Translations under genes and position numbers: made by a program | In this document: positions 41,289 to 56,035 of the stretch, piece by piece | How the letters are laid out: each line of letters opens with the position of its first letter | Position numbering within the stretch: the first letter of the stretch is position 1 | The notes under the pieces: model-generated | The model's database searches: none | What the model saw: only the letters and a program-made list of their open reading frames with translations | What the model was told of the DNA's origin: nothing | Assembly (NCBI RefSeq): GCF_964355755.1 | Contig: NC_092670.1 | Coordinates: 5,012,201-5,076,200 of the forward strand | Source: Antedon mediterranea | Taxonomy: Eukaryota; Animalia; Echinodermata | Reading direction: 5' to 3' | Length of the DNA stretch: 64,000 nucleotides

Positions 41289-42980
41289 ATGTCGACCCAA
41301 ACTTGTCTGGTTTTAATAACAATTTTTATATGTTTTGGTAAGTTGTTATAAGTATTAATTTTATCATACACATTTCTATACTAATTTAACTAATACATTA
41401 AGAAATCAGTGTGTTTGGTTTTATGAAACGCATGTCTATAAATGCATTTAGGCCTATCTCAATAGTTACAATAATAAAATAATGCATTTTGGAAATACGC
41501 CGTACGTTTTACAATTTGTTTAAGTAGTTTATATCAGCCTCTGCTTTGACGGATTTTTTGAGAGAGCTTTTCCAACTCTCGAAAAAAATCCGTAAAAGCA
41601 GAGGCTGATATAAATTTTTTTTAAATAAAATAATATAATAAAATAATGGTAATACTACTTTTAACTATATTAAAATAGTTAAATTCGAAATACATGTATT
41701 TTTGGTGAATTTATTTCGCATTGCAGATTAATATAAATGTCAAATTGATAAGAGCTGATTCTTACAGCTACTCATGTATTTAATCAGTTTTTAGAAATAA
41801 GCCTATGGGCTCGATTCAGATTTTGGCGGTTTTGATCAATACATTTTCCATTATACCTGTATATTATTGCTGGATGGAGTGACTTCCCGAATCAATAACA
41901 GAGTTTGACAGACCACAATTGGAATGATCTATTTATCTAATCTAATTCTGATACAAACAGTTTAAAACTCTATTTCGTGACACTTTAATTCTTTCGTCAC
42001 TTAAACTCATTGGCCGTTTGGTCAGTACTGCATATCCAGTATGATATGTTCGTTCAGGATTGGAATAGATCTGAGCGATACATGTTTAGGCCTATATAGT
42101 GAAATTTTGCCAAGAAAAAAAAAAAATAATATTATTATTTTTCAGCGGGAACTAACGCCCTTAAGTGCTATAATTGCACAAGCAAGATAGACAGTAACTG
42201 TGGAGAAACTCTCACAAATAAAAAGTCTTTACAAACAGTAGAATGTGGTTCGGGTGGACAGTGCGCTGTGAGTATACATTATGCCAGGAAAGAGTAGCTT
42301 AAACCTTTTCCCGTAAATTTAGTCTTTCTTGATTAGACTTAGGCCTAATTGTTAGGTGAATATTGCTTTGATTTTGCTTGATTATATTTTGTATTTGATT
42401 TTATTTGACTTAGTATTTAGCTATCAGAGTTACGTATATGCCTAATTGTTTGAAATGATTGAAAATGTAGCACAATTAAAAACTCTGATAGAAATGATTA
42501 GCCGAAAAAGTAAATGAACGTATTTCCATTGCAGAGATTCCTCAATCAATAACTATAAAACCATATAAATAGGTAACAAAAATTGTAAAGAAAAGTTGTT
42601 TACTTAACAAATTTGATATAAAATTCATAAAAATCATGGAACTTAAAAAAAGAAAACAAGATCCGATATAATGCGACTTATATTGCAATTACAATTTAAG
42701 AAGAAACATTAACAATGCCAGAGATAGTTCTTGAAAGAGTTTTTGTTTTGTTTTCTTGATATAGAAAATAGATGCAAACATTCAAATCGGAGACCATTCT
42801 GATGAATTTTTCACTCGGATGTGTATTCCACTTTGCACTGAAGTATGTTCTCCCACTCCAGGCGGGGAAATGTGCTCCTATTGTTGCGGTACCGACCTCT
42901 GCAACTCTGGTTTAACGTTGGTACCGTTTGTTGGTCCATTGATCGCAAGTTTTGTTGCTGGTTTAATCTTTGTTTTGTAG
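41289..42980 (+). CDS. GPI-anchored Ly6/uPAR (three-finger fold, quiver/sleepless-like) protein, about 128 aa
   Basis: Exons 41289-41337 (signal peptide MSTQTCLVLITIFICF, |gtaagt), 42146-42267 (AGTNALKCYNCTSKIDSNCG...VECGSGGQCA, |gtgagt) and 42765-42980 (KIDAN...RMCIPLCTEVCSPTPGGEMCSYCCGTDLCNSGLTLVPFVGPLIASFVAGLIFVL*). LxCYxC start, CCxxDLCN end and a hydrophobic C-terminal tail are diagnostic. Confidence 0.9.
41528..41614. mobile_element. About 85-bp palindromic mini-element in Ly6 intron 1
   Basis: TATATCAGCCTCTGCTTT.ACGGATTTTTT / AAAAAATCCGT.AAAGCAGAGGCTGATATA near-perfect inverted repeat. Confidence 0.7.
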
Positions 42981-45264
42981 GTGCGTAAGGTTGGTTCTCA
43001 CAAGGACGTACAAGCAGCAACTTTGACCAATCTCAAAGATCTTTATTACCTGACTGTCACTTATGATTTAATTGCTCAACTCACTTACGCCGCACGTCCT
43101 TAGGAATTAGTTAGAAATTTGCAATGTACGATGTTTAGAATGTTTGTATTTCTGACTTCATATCGATAAGTTAGATTAATTTGTTGAATTAATGTTAAGG
43201 TTAAAATGGTGTAATCAAAGATAGGACTACCTCTCTTCAGAGAGCCATCAACTTCTTAAGATGCATGCCATTTTATGAACGTATTTAGTAAAAATTCTAC
43301 TGGTTATATAACTCATCATACTTGGGCAAACCTTAAAAATTTACATATTCTCCTACAATTCAAGGGGAAATTCTTAATGTAAGTGAAATGCTTAGTTTTT
43401 TTTTTTATGGGAAATCTCATTATTGAGATGTGATGTTCACATTGACCGTATCAACATCCATACTTTGATGGGTTTATTTACAATTTACAAATTTATAAAT
43501 TTAGGCTTATTTTATAGTTTGAGAAAATAGTAGAATATCGAACAACATAGTAATTGTCAATAACTGTTTAAGAGTATTACATTCGATTGATTTCTGCAAT
43601 ATTTAATTTGTTTTATTGAAGATATATCCTTCAGTCTTGTATCTGCCTATAGTGATCTTGAAACATGTTTTCAACAGTAGGATAATTAATTCAAAATAAT
43701 AGACTGAAAAATATTGTGAAATGTTGACAAAGTGTCTGGAAAAGTTCCAACATCGTATGGGAATATTTGTATGTTCTTTTGGAACTAAAACCCAGAGGAT
43801 GTTAACAGCAATTTACTTCCTGCTTAGCCTAGATGTTATAATGTAAAATGCAATTGTTGTGAAATCTTGTCTAAATGTTCATCACAGACTATATCAATTT
43901 TAAATAATACAAAATAATACATTAAAAACGTTGACATGTGACCATTGTTTATTTGTGTAAAGTTGATCTTGAATATTTGTGTTTGCTTTTGAAAATAATT
44001 AAAGAAAAAAATATGTGTGTAAGTGTTCTTTCCTAAAATGCAAATTTAAGTGGTATTTTTTTTAACCACACGACGTGTCTATTAAAAATTAAAAATGCTG
44101 CAGATACTGGTAAAAGTAAACTATGGTACCTAACAATCTAAAGTCTAAAATCTAAAGTCTAAAATAACCGCTACAACTGTACTTCAGCATGCAAACCATA
44201 TAACGTATTGTAGCAGGCCATACACTATGAAATAGCATTGTTTATACATTGTAATGTATTTAACTAGAGACAAGTGCACGTAACCTTTCTTCGATTGGAA
44301 AATATTTCATAACGATTATCCATCATGATAGGACTTGCTTGGTAGACCTATTTTAATAATGACAATCAAAGCATGATATTTTTCAAACAGATGGAACAAA
44401 CACAAGGGATGTCCACTTCAGTAGAAATTATATTATACAACATCTAATATAGTATTGGTTTTCTAATTATCCTATTACTGTAGGGAATGTAGATGGGATT
44501 GCATGACTATAACTTAATTCTTCCTTCCGACAATGGCCGGATACAGAATATCAATCGTCAAAAACTATTCGATTGGTTTGCAAGATTGGCTATTGTTTCG
44601 AACAGCATGCCCGGGAAAGAAGCATGTATTATTCGATCGTTAATTATTCTTGTTATAAATTTCAATTTAAATTTGCCTCCAACTTTCGAAGAAGTGTGAG
44701 TTACAGTTTCAATTGAAACTATCTATACCACCAGTAATTAATCAATATATTTGTTCTTTATTGTTACTTTTTTTCAAGCCGCTCAAACTGGCTAACATGA
44801 TCTATTGAAAACCGATTGACAGATGTCAGATGGTGAGCATCACATTGATTAGGCCTACCAATAAGTGCCGATTCCATTCGCATACTAGTCTAATTTTAAG
44901 AGAATTGCATAATATTGAAACGTAACATATTGGATGTAAACACAAATACACCTCCTCGCAAAACTACTAGGCCTACTACTGAGAAAATAGGAGGATAAAC
45001 AATTATTTGTATAGGGTCAAAATACAAATAATATAAGGCTTAAATTGAATAGTATGAAATCCATTGTAACGTTCAGAAATGTCACGCTATTACAACTTCA
45101 TAAAACATTTATGCAAATTATTGACTGATCAGGGTGAAATTATATTAAATACATTTTTGGCGACATTGGCTTTTCATATTTTCACGTACCTGGGGTTACT
45201 GTTACAGGTAATTTGATTAAATCAAGCGTAGGCCAAAATTATTGAATTGAGACACTAACCAACC

Positions 45265-45298
45265 ATGAATGATCAGGATCCCGAATCGACTATCAAAA
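45265..45298 (+). CDS. Alternative first coding exon of the amidase (MNDQDPESTIK)
   Basis: aaccATG context, consensus A|GTAAGT donor, phase 1 matching the acceptor at 46727. Confidence 0.6.
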
Positions 45299-45755
45299 GT
45301 AAGTATATCATCATCATTTCTAAAGCCTCATTTCACTCTTAGCCCACTATAATGATTTGTATGTATAGATATGTGATTGATATTTAAATTGTGTATAGGA
45401 ATATTATTATATTAGTTACGCATACTCATACAAAAGGTGTTCCACTCGACTGCACTACACTACTGACCTTCAATTATATGTATTTATTCTTGAATAGAAT
45501 TCACCCGAATTGAACGCAATAGTACTAGGCTAGACAGAAAGCATTTTTTTTATTGAAAAACCTAAAAATTCATGTACTGTATTTCATTTTATACAAACAA
45601 CGTAGGCCTACTATATATATAGGCCTATGCCATGCCTATACTTAGTATAATATGCCCTACTAATAGGCCATTTACACGAAACGGAAGACATTATTCTTCG
45701 ATGATGAAAAACAACGCTGGGCAGGGAATATGAAATAGTAAGGACACCATATTAA

Positions 45756-46132
45756 TATGGCGCGCCAAGCTGTCATTTATTCAAGCAATAGAGATATCTT
45801 AGTTTTAAATAGAGATATCTTAGTTTCAAATAGAGATATCTCTATTAACAGAGACATCTCTATTAAAAACTAAGATATCTTAGTTTAAAACTAAGATATC
45901 TCTATTTAAAACTAAGATATTGTAATAGAGATATCTCTATTAATAGAGATATCTCTATTAAAAACTAAGATATCTTAGTTTTAAATAGAGATATCTTAGT
46001 TTTTAATAGAGATATCTTAGTTTTAGTAGAGATATCTCTATTAATAGAGATATCCTAGTTTTAAACTAAGATATCTTAGTTTTAAACTAAGATATTTTTA
46101 TTTCCGAATAAATGACAGCTTGGCGCGCCATA
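45756..46132. mobile_element. Foldback-type non-autonomous DNA transposon (IS3EU-like termini)
   Basis: 27-bp perfect TIR TATGGCGCGCCAAGCTGTCATTTATTC, 6-bp TSD TATTAA, and an interior of short repeats around AGATATCT. TAY..RTA ends with a 6-bp TSD fit IS3EU. Confidence 0.8.
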
Positions 46133-46452
46133 TATTAATACAAAACCGTAACTTCTTAACGGAGGGTCGAATGAGAAAAGAAAATTGTAAAGAATGGCTT
46201 AGATGAATATAAAAAAAGGAAAATTCAAAAAATGTTCTTGAACTCCTAAAATCAAACGAAAAAAGGATATACAGTGTTGAAGCACGCTGTTTTACCGCGG
46301 TGTTTTATCAATTTTCCCCGTTGGATTTTAAGCGATAAAAACAATCTTTTAGGCTAATCTTTTAGGAACATTTTACAGTACAAAATTTGCTCGCCGTGCT
46401 ATGTTATTTCTGTTGGTTACGCTTCCCTGCACAACATTGTCATCGATCGAAG

Positions 46453-49400
46453 ATGTCTTCCGTTTTGTGTAAAGGCCTATTGAAACACGTAGGAGGTATA
46501 GGAATTAGGCTATTTTAGGTTATAAAACAAGAGGTATTGGTTCCCATACTGTGTTGGATGGATTGGGGCCATTGGCCCATTGTTTCCACTTGAGCTATAG
46601 TATTTTCCAATTAAAACAGCATACTACAATAGTACAATGAATATTCAGTTTGATAAAGATCTCGATAATTATTTTTTCTGGTAGTACTTAATTATTTGTT
46701 CTTATTTATATTAAATAAACTTTTAGAAGAAGAATTGTTCAAATCTACACCTGTTCGGGCGCCAAACCCAAAGAAAGTTGAAGAGCTTGCCAAACGCATA
46801 GGAGTTGATCTTAGTGAAACTGAAGTACAGACGTATTGCGAGTTAATGAAATCGTCTTTACAATGTTTTGCCGAAATTGAGAAGATACCCGAGCCTACCC
46901 TCCCGGTGAAGTATCCACGTCTTCCAGGATATAGACCCTCTTCAGCAGAGAATCCTCATAATGCTTGGTAAGAATCTGGAAAAGATTTGAATTAGTATGG
47001 AAAGAAAGTAAGAAATTGTCCTTATTTCCGATCGCCTCATAAATGTACGATCAGTTTTTAAATATCATGCATGGTAGATGACATTGGACGTCCTATGCTA
47101 TGTGGATCGACAGCGACAGTGAAAAGCTGAATTTCAAATAAATTACATCAGAGTTAAATGTTAAACCGTATTTTTGTTTCATATGAATGTAAGGTACTGG
47201 AAAACAAACATCCATGGTGCGCCAGATGGTATTTTAAAAGGTAAAAAAGTAGCCATCAAAGACAATGTTGCCGTCTATGGTGTTCCTATGATGGGTGGCT
47301 CGTGGGTACTTGAAGGATATGTACCAGAATTCGATGCGACTGTGGTGACCCGAATTCTCGATGCAGGTTAGTGTTAAATAAATATTTTTAAACAGTAATC
47401 TAAACTTGTATGGAACCCGAACAGTTTAAAAACTAAACGATATTATCCGCGTTGAGAAATTTCAAATCTATTTTTTATAAGATAACATTAGGTTGAACTA
47501 CCTACAGTAAAAACTCAAAAAATATTCAACCATTTTAGAAGAAATTAAGTTTTTTCGTAGTTATTTCTGTTACATTATTATAATTAGGTACAACATACAC
47601 CATAAAACCTCGAAAAGAAGCCCACATGCTTCTTTTTTTAGGATCCTTGGATGGGCTTCTTTCCGAGATGGAATTCTTTTCATAATTACCTTTCCAAACC
47701 ATAGGGCTTCTTTTCGAGATGAGCTTCTTTTCAAAACCCCCAGTGGGCTTATTTTCGAGGTTTTCGGTATCTGAAAATCATGCCAGTAGCTGAGCTTAAT
47801 ACTCTTAGGTGGGCTAATAAAGGGAAAGGCTGTCTGTGAAGATTTCTGTCTGTCTGGAAGTAGTTTCTTTGGAGCAAGAGGACCAGTTTTAAACCCTACT
47901 AACCCTACGTGTGATGCCGGTGGATCAAGTTCTGGTAGTGCAGCACTGGTTAGTATGTTTTACACCATTATGTTCTAGTTCGATCTAAAGGCACTGCAAT
48001 GGTAAGGTAATGCTTGGTCCCCACAGCAACGCAACGTAATGAAACCTAGTACGCAGCGTAAAGCGTGGTTCCCACTAGCGACGCAACACAAGGATGTAAC
48101 GCAAGGCAAGTGAATTGACCAATCACAAGCGATGACTTATTATATATTATAACTTCGCTGGTCATTGGTTAAAACGCTTGCGTTGCGTTTACGTCCTTAC
48201 GTTACGTTCTAGTGGGAACCAAGCTTAAGAAAATGCCCTTCAAATTAATTGTGTTTGCCTCCGCCTCCTGCGTGAAATCAATCTGCGATGTTTGCAGCAT
48301 GCACTGTTGCGTCGTTGATTCCCTTGTGATTACGCAATACAGCACAGCACTTTGCGTCGACACGTCGCTGCGTTGCGTTTTAGTGGGAATCGTAAGCATT
48401 TATCATCACAAACATTTATTTTTGTGTTATTTCTTTTGTGGGGACAGCCCACTTTTATTGCATGAAGATTTGTTTACTTATTTATATATTATAAGGTTGC
48501 GTCAGGTGAGGTGGATATGGCTATTGGTGGTGATCAGGGTGGTTCTATTCGTCTTCCATCAAGCGTTTGTGGTGTCGTCGGACTAAAACCAACCTTTGGA
48601 CTTGTGCCATATACTGGAGCGCAGTGTATTGAGACTACAGTTGATCATCTTGGTCCGATAGCGAAGACAGTATCTGACTGCGCACTATTATTGGAAGTAA
48701 GGAAAATATAGAACACTTTACTTAGTGGTCACCGACATTAAGAAAGAAATGAAATGATTAAGTCAAATAATTTTAATTTTTGTTTTTATTAGGCGATTGC
48801 TGGATATGATGATGGGTTGGATCCCAGACAGAATGAGGCTAAAATAAAACCTATACAATATTCAAAAGAGGTATGACGTCTGATTTTTACTCATTGGAAT
48901 GATCAGTCGCTTTTAATTTGTAAAGTACGTATGTCCGCGTACACCATGCGTTCCGCCATATTGAATCAGTGTTGTATGAAGGCAATCTTGTTAGATTGCC
49001 TTGGTTGCATCATGGGTTGCATGGTGCCAACAAATTATGAACGATTTTAAATACAACCTAATTATTTTATTTTGCAGTTGGAAATTACTAATTTAATTAA
49101 AATTGGTATTCTGAAAGAGGGGTTTGACCACAAGGAGTCAGATCCAAGAGTTACCGAGTTGATTAAAAATGAAGCTGCAAAATTAGCTGGTGATCGTTTA
49201 CTTTTACAGAATGTATCTGTGCCGATGCATAAAGATGGTAAAGTAAAACTTCTGTCTGCCACTGACGACACAATAATATACACTTAGCACATGCATGATG
49301 ACTGGACGTCTAAATTCTGGTACAAAACATAAATTTGTGATCTGATCGTCTCGCTATGTGACCAATCAGTCAACTACTAGTACTTTCGACTGTCTTCGAC

Positions 49401-51292
49401 CAATACATCTGAATACAACCAACTGACGTTAATAATTTTCATGAAATTCAGAACAAATTATTTAAAAATGCACAATTATTGTTTGCAGGTACGAACATTT
49501 GGTTTTGCTTTGGATACAGAGGTCTTGCCGATACAATGATGCGGGGCTGCTGTAAGACATATTAATATTATTGTTTAAATTAATAAATAAATTGGGGAAT
49601 TCAGCGTAACTTTGAAGCGTTGATTGATTTGGTATGGCGTGGGGAGGAAGAAGTGGTTGAAGCAAACAAACGCTGGTATTTAAGAAATTAAACATTATTG
49701 CAATTCCCGAACATAGATATCATTTTTTTATAATCTTGTCGATAGATATATTTATCAATATCAATAATATGTCAATTTATGACAAGTATGATGTGTGAAA
49801 TCACTCACATCTTCATGCTGTGTGGTGGTTGTTATGTTAAACTATATTTAATGAGGGTGTGCCATCCAGCTATTGCTGATCATTAGGGACCCTCAGAGGT
49901 TCACAAGACAAACATATACACAAGATGCTCTACATAAACAAAGTCTTATTACAAGTCTTTGGGAGTGGAGTAATTTGGTCCTTAGAAAAAATCCTGACAT
50001 GTGACGGGACTTGAACCCAGGACCCTTGGACTGGTAGACAAGCAACATAACCACCAAGCCACAACTCCACTCCAAACACCACTAAAGCTCTGACTACACT
50101 ATCAAACTAGTTTGACAAAAAGAAATGTGATGTGCCCTAACATGGTAATGATATACCCAAAAATGGTAGTGATATGACATCATCATGTCCATATGGGCAC
50201 ATCACATTTTTTTTCACATAAAGTTTGATAGTGTAGACAGAGCTTATGCCTTCACTGCCCTACATCCACAATATAGCTATTTAATCCACTGCGTTTTTAC
50301 AGCTGCCGGTGGTGGTTACAAGGGGTTTTACCCGACCAGTTTAATTGATGCTGTCGGCAGAGGAGTTCAGACACAAACAAACGATCTTTCTGGCACACTA
50401 AAGGTAAGTAATTCTTAGGCCTATAGTAATTTATAATGCGCTCGGCGTAAAGCTTAGTTTAAGTTTTATGCGTGACCGAAACGCTAGACAAGAGGAATAC
50501 GCACTACAGTACCTGTAAACGCTTGTGATAACTTTTCAGACTACACCATTTCAGAATATGTAGCGCAACACTTACCAGATTTTCTGACTGATCATGTATT
50601 TGTTGACGGCTTTATTTGTCGAATTTCGAGGCTACAGAGACAACTCAAATTTATCGCACTAATCACTCTCAATGTTGTCTTAAAAAAGACCAATGATCAT
50701 CAAACCTTTTTTGATACTCCTATAGCTTTGTTGGATGATTGGGGAGTACATGAAACACGAATATCGCGGAAGATATTACGGTAAAGCTCAGAATCTGAGA
50801 AGACTTTTGGTTGCAGAGTTCGACAAAGTCTTTCAAGAGGTCGACGTACTAGTGATGCCCACAATTCCATATCCTCCCAAAAAACTGCCGATAAACGATG
50901 CAGGACTACCAGGTTTGTGGTAATGTTGTTGTGACGTCTAGTCTTTTGTGGTACGCAGTGACTTATTTGCAAATTTTCCACCTGTGGGTTGGTGGAAATA
51001 GACGAGGTGGGGAGTGCCTGGCAGGAGGTTGTGCACATTGCACACACATGAATAAAGTGAATTGAAATTGTGAAATTTATTTGTTTCAGATCTGTTAGCA
51101 CAAGCATTCGGCCCCGTTACCAACACTATGGTTTTCAACACGACAGGTCATCCAGCCATAACCATCAATGCCGGCTATATTGACGGCCTACCAATCGGAA
51201 TGATGTTGGTTGGAAAGATGTTTGATGAAGTTACACTACTGAAGGTCGCTCGTGCGTATGAACAAATATCGAATGCCACAGCCTCTCAATAA
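46453..51292 (+). CDS. Amidase-signature family enzyme (Ser-cisSer-Lys amidase)
   Basis: Exons 46453-46495 (or 45265-45298), 46727-46967, 47194-47366, 47809-47948, 48496-48696, 48793-48870, 49078-49237, 49489-49551, 50303-50403, 50726-50912, 51090-51292; all GT-AG and phase-consistent. Motifs VAIKDN (catalytic Lys), AGGSSSGS (cis-Ser), [11 protein letters not shown] (nucleophile Ser), [32 protein letters not shown]. Confidence 0.93.
47597..47770. mobile_element. Tc1/mariner-type MITE
   Basis: TIRs AAAACCTCGAAAAGAAGCCCAC / GTGGGCTTATTTTCGAGGTTTT with internal GGGCTTCTTTTCGAGATG repeats; TA-flanked. Confidence 0.65.
48009..48398. mobile_element. Nested pair of related MITEs (inner 48060-48228)
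   Basis: Inner TIR TGGTTCCCACTAG/CTAGTGGGAACCA inside an outer element with similar ends; relatives at 12755-13030 and 11280-11345. Confidence 0.65.
49845..50073 (-). mobile_element. tRNA-derived SINE
   Basis: Minus strand begins with A box (TGGCTTGGTGG) and B box (GGTTCAAGTCC), followed by a body and an AT-rich tail. Confidence 0.7.
50083..50246. mobile_element. MITE family A copy
   Basis: Full TIRs and core, in amidase intron 8. Confidence 0.88.
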
Positions 51293-51521
51293 TAATTATT
51301 ATCAATGAAAAATGTCAGAAATATAGAAAATAAGCGCACAATACAGTAAGCTTATAAATTTGTTCCATATATTAGTAAAAGTATATGCTATACCTATATA
51401 TATTATAATATTTATGTAACTGATGTAATCGTCGTTGATGGTATGCTAATACCTGGAATGATTTGCATAAAATGCCATGTGACATTGGCGTACGTTTGTA
51501 AAAACTATGCCAGTATAAAGC

Positions 51522-51649
51522 TAAAGCTCTGTCTGCACTATCAAAAAAAGTGTGATGTGCCAAAATATGATAACAATACGATGTCATCGTGTCCATATAC
51601 GGGCACATTTTTTTGTCACATAAAGTTTGATAGTGTAGACATAGCTTTA
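51522..51649. mobile_element. MITE family A copy between the amidase and ADAT2 3' ends
   Basis: TIRs AAGCTCTGTCTGCACTATCAAA / TTTGATAGTGTAGACATAGCTT. Confidence 0.85.
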
Positions 51650-52835
51650 ATGTTGCGATTGATACATGTTATGTTGTACTATAGATTTAGAAGTTATAGA
51701 ACAAATCATCAATATTTTAGCATGATTAAGCCCCCTTCTGTGTCCTTGCATGTGTTATCTCAAGAAGTGGCCAGTGAGGCTGATGTTATAATTATAAAAA
51801 TGATGTGCTAAATCAACATTATTTCTATCTTTGAATTATACTGTATATATTCAAATCAATTAGTTTTTCAAGTTTTAAACATTTATTTACAGAATCTGAC
51901 ATCTGCAATAAAATGATATCAAAGTTTGAAGGCAGATGAAGTAAAATATCTTGTGTTGGGCGAACATTAAAAAAATAAATGATAATGAATAGGACATATA
52001 AAAAAGAATTACAAAAAATAATAATAATTAGTTTATACATCCAAATTGAATGGAATGTAAATTGATCATTTTAAAATGGCCTACGGGGAGTGTTTCACCA
52101 AAATGTATCGGATTTTTTCAATACGCTGTGGAAGATGTTACATATAGGTGCTTTCGCAGTTTGTTGGCCAGCATGTTTCCATAAATGAACGACTGCTCCC
52201 AGCTTTCTGTAAGGTGTTATAAGGTCTTTGCACAACACCTTTAGCATATCATGTGAACCAAGCTGCACCTCATATCACTTTGATACTAATGTACCAACAT
52301 TTTCCGAAAACTATTGTTGTTTAATTCTGTTAAAAAAAACCATTTTTATGGTAACTCCTTGATACCTTCTTTATACTTATCACAAATTAATTTACCAGAG
52401 ATGCATCACATATTCTAACTACTAATCAAATGCAATTATGTAGTGAATACAGAAACAACTTTCTAAAAAACAGCATTTTGATTTAGAGAGTTTGAAAAAT
52501 CTTTAATCTTTAACCAACATTTGGGAGATTTTTTTCATATTAGGGAGATTGGAAAAAAATTCGGGAGGCTTCCGGAGGAATCGGAAGGGTTGGGATGTCT
52601 AATTTTATGGCCATTTTTAGTTTTGCATATTCGTTCTCTGTCAGTGCTTCCAGTTACTTGAAAAACCAGAGTACATACATAAAATAAAATTATTTTTTGA
52701 TATTTTCAAGAGCCATAATATAAATTTCCAAAAAACAAATTTCGCAAAAAACTTTAATATTTTGCAGACATTAAAACTTTTCAAAAACCTATAGGAATCC
52801 TCCAAACAGATCTTCTTACCTGTAGTGTCAAGAGT

Positions 52836-55900
<3,065 letters not shown>

Positions 55901-56035
55901 GTTTTTCGTTCCATTTTTGGTGATATAAAAAGTCTAAAAAGTTGAAAAATTAAAGGTCCTTTATCAACATTGAGGGCGCACCGGCAAATAAACAACAACA
56001 ATGTGATTTTTTCAACATTACCTTATTTGATCAGA
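55901..56035. promoter_or_regulatory. Compact bidirectional promoter shared by ADAT2 and UNC45
   Basis: Divergent start codons at 55900 (-) and 56036 (+) are separated by 135 bp containing a GC-rich core (GAGGGCGCACCGGC). Confidence 0.7.
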
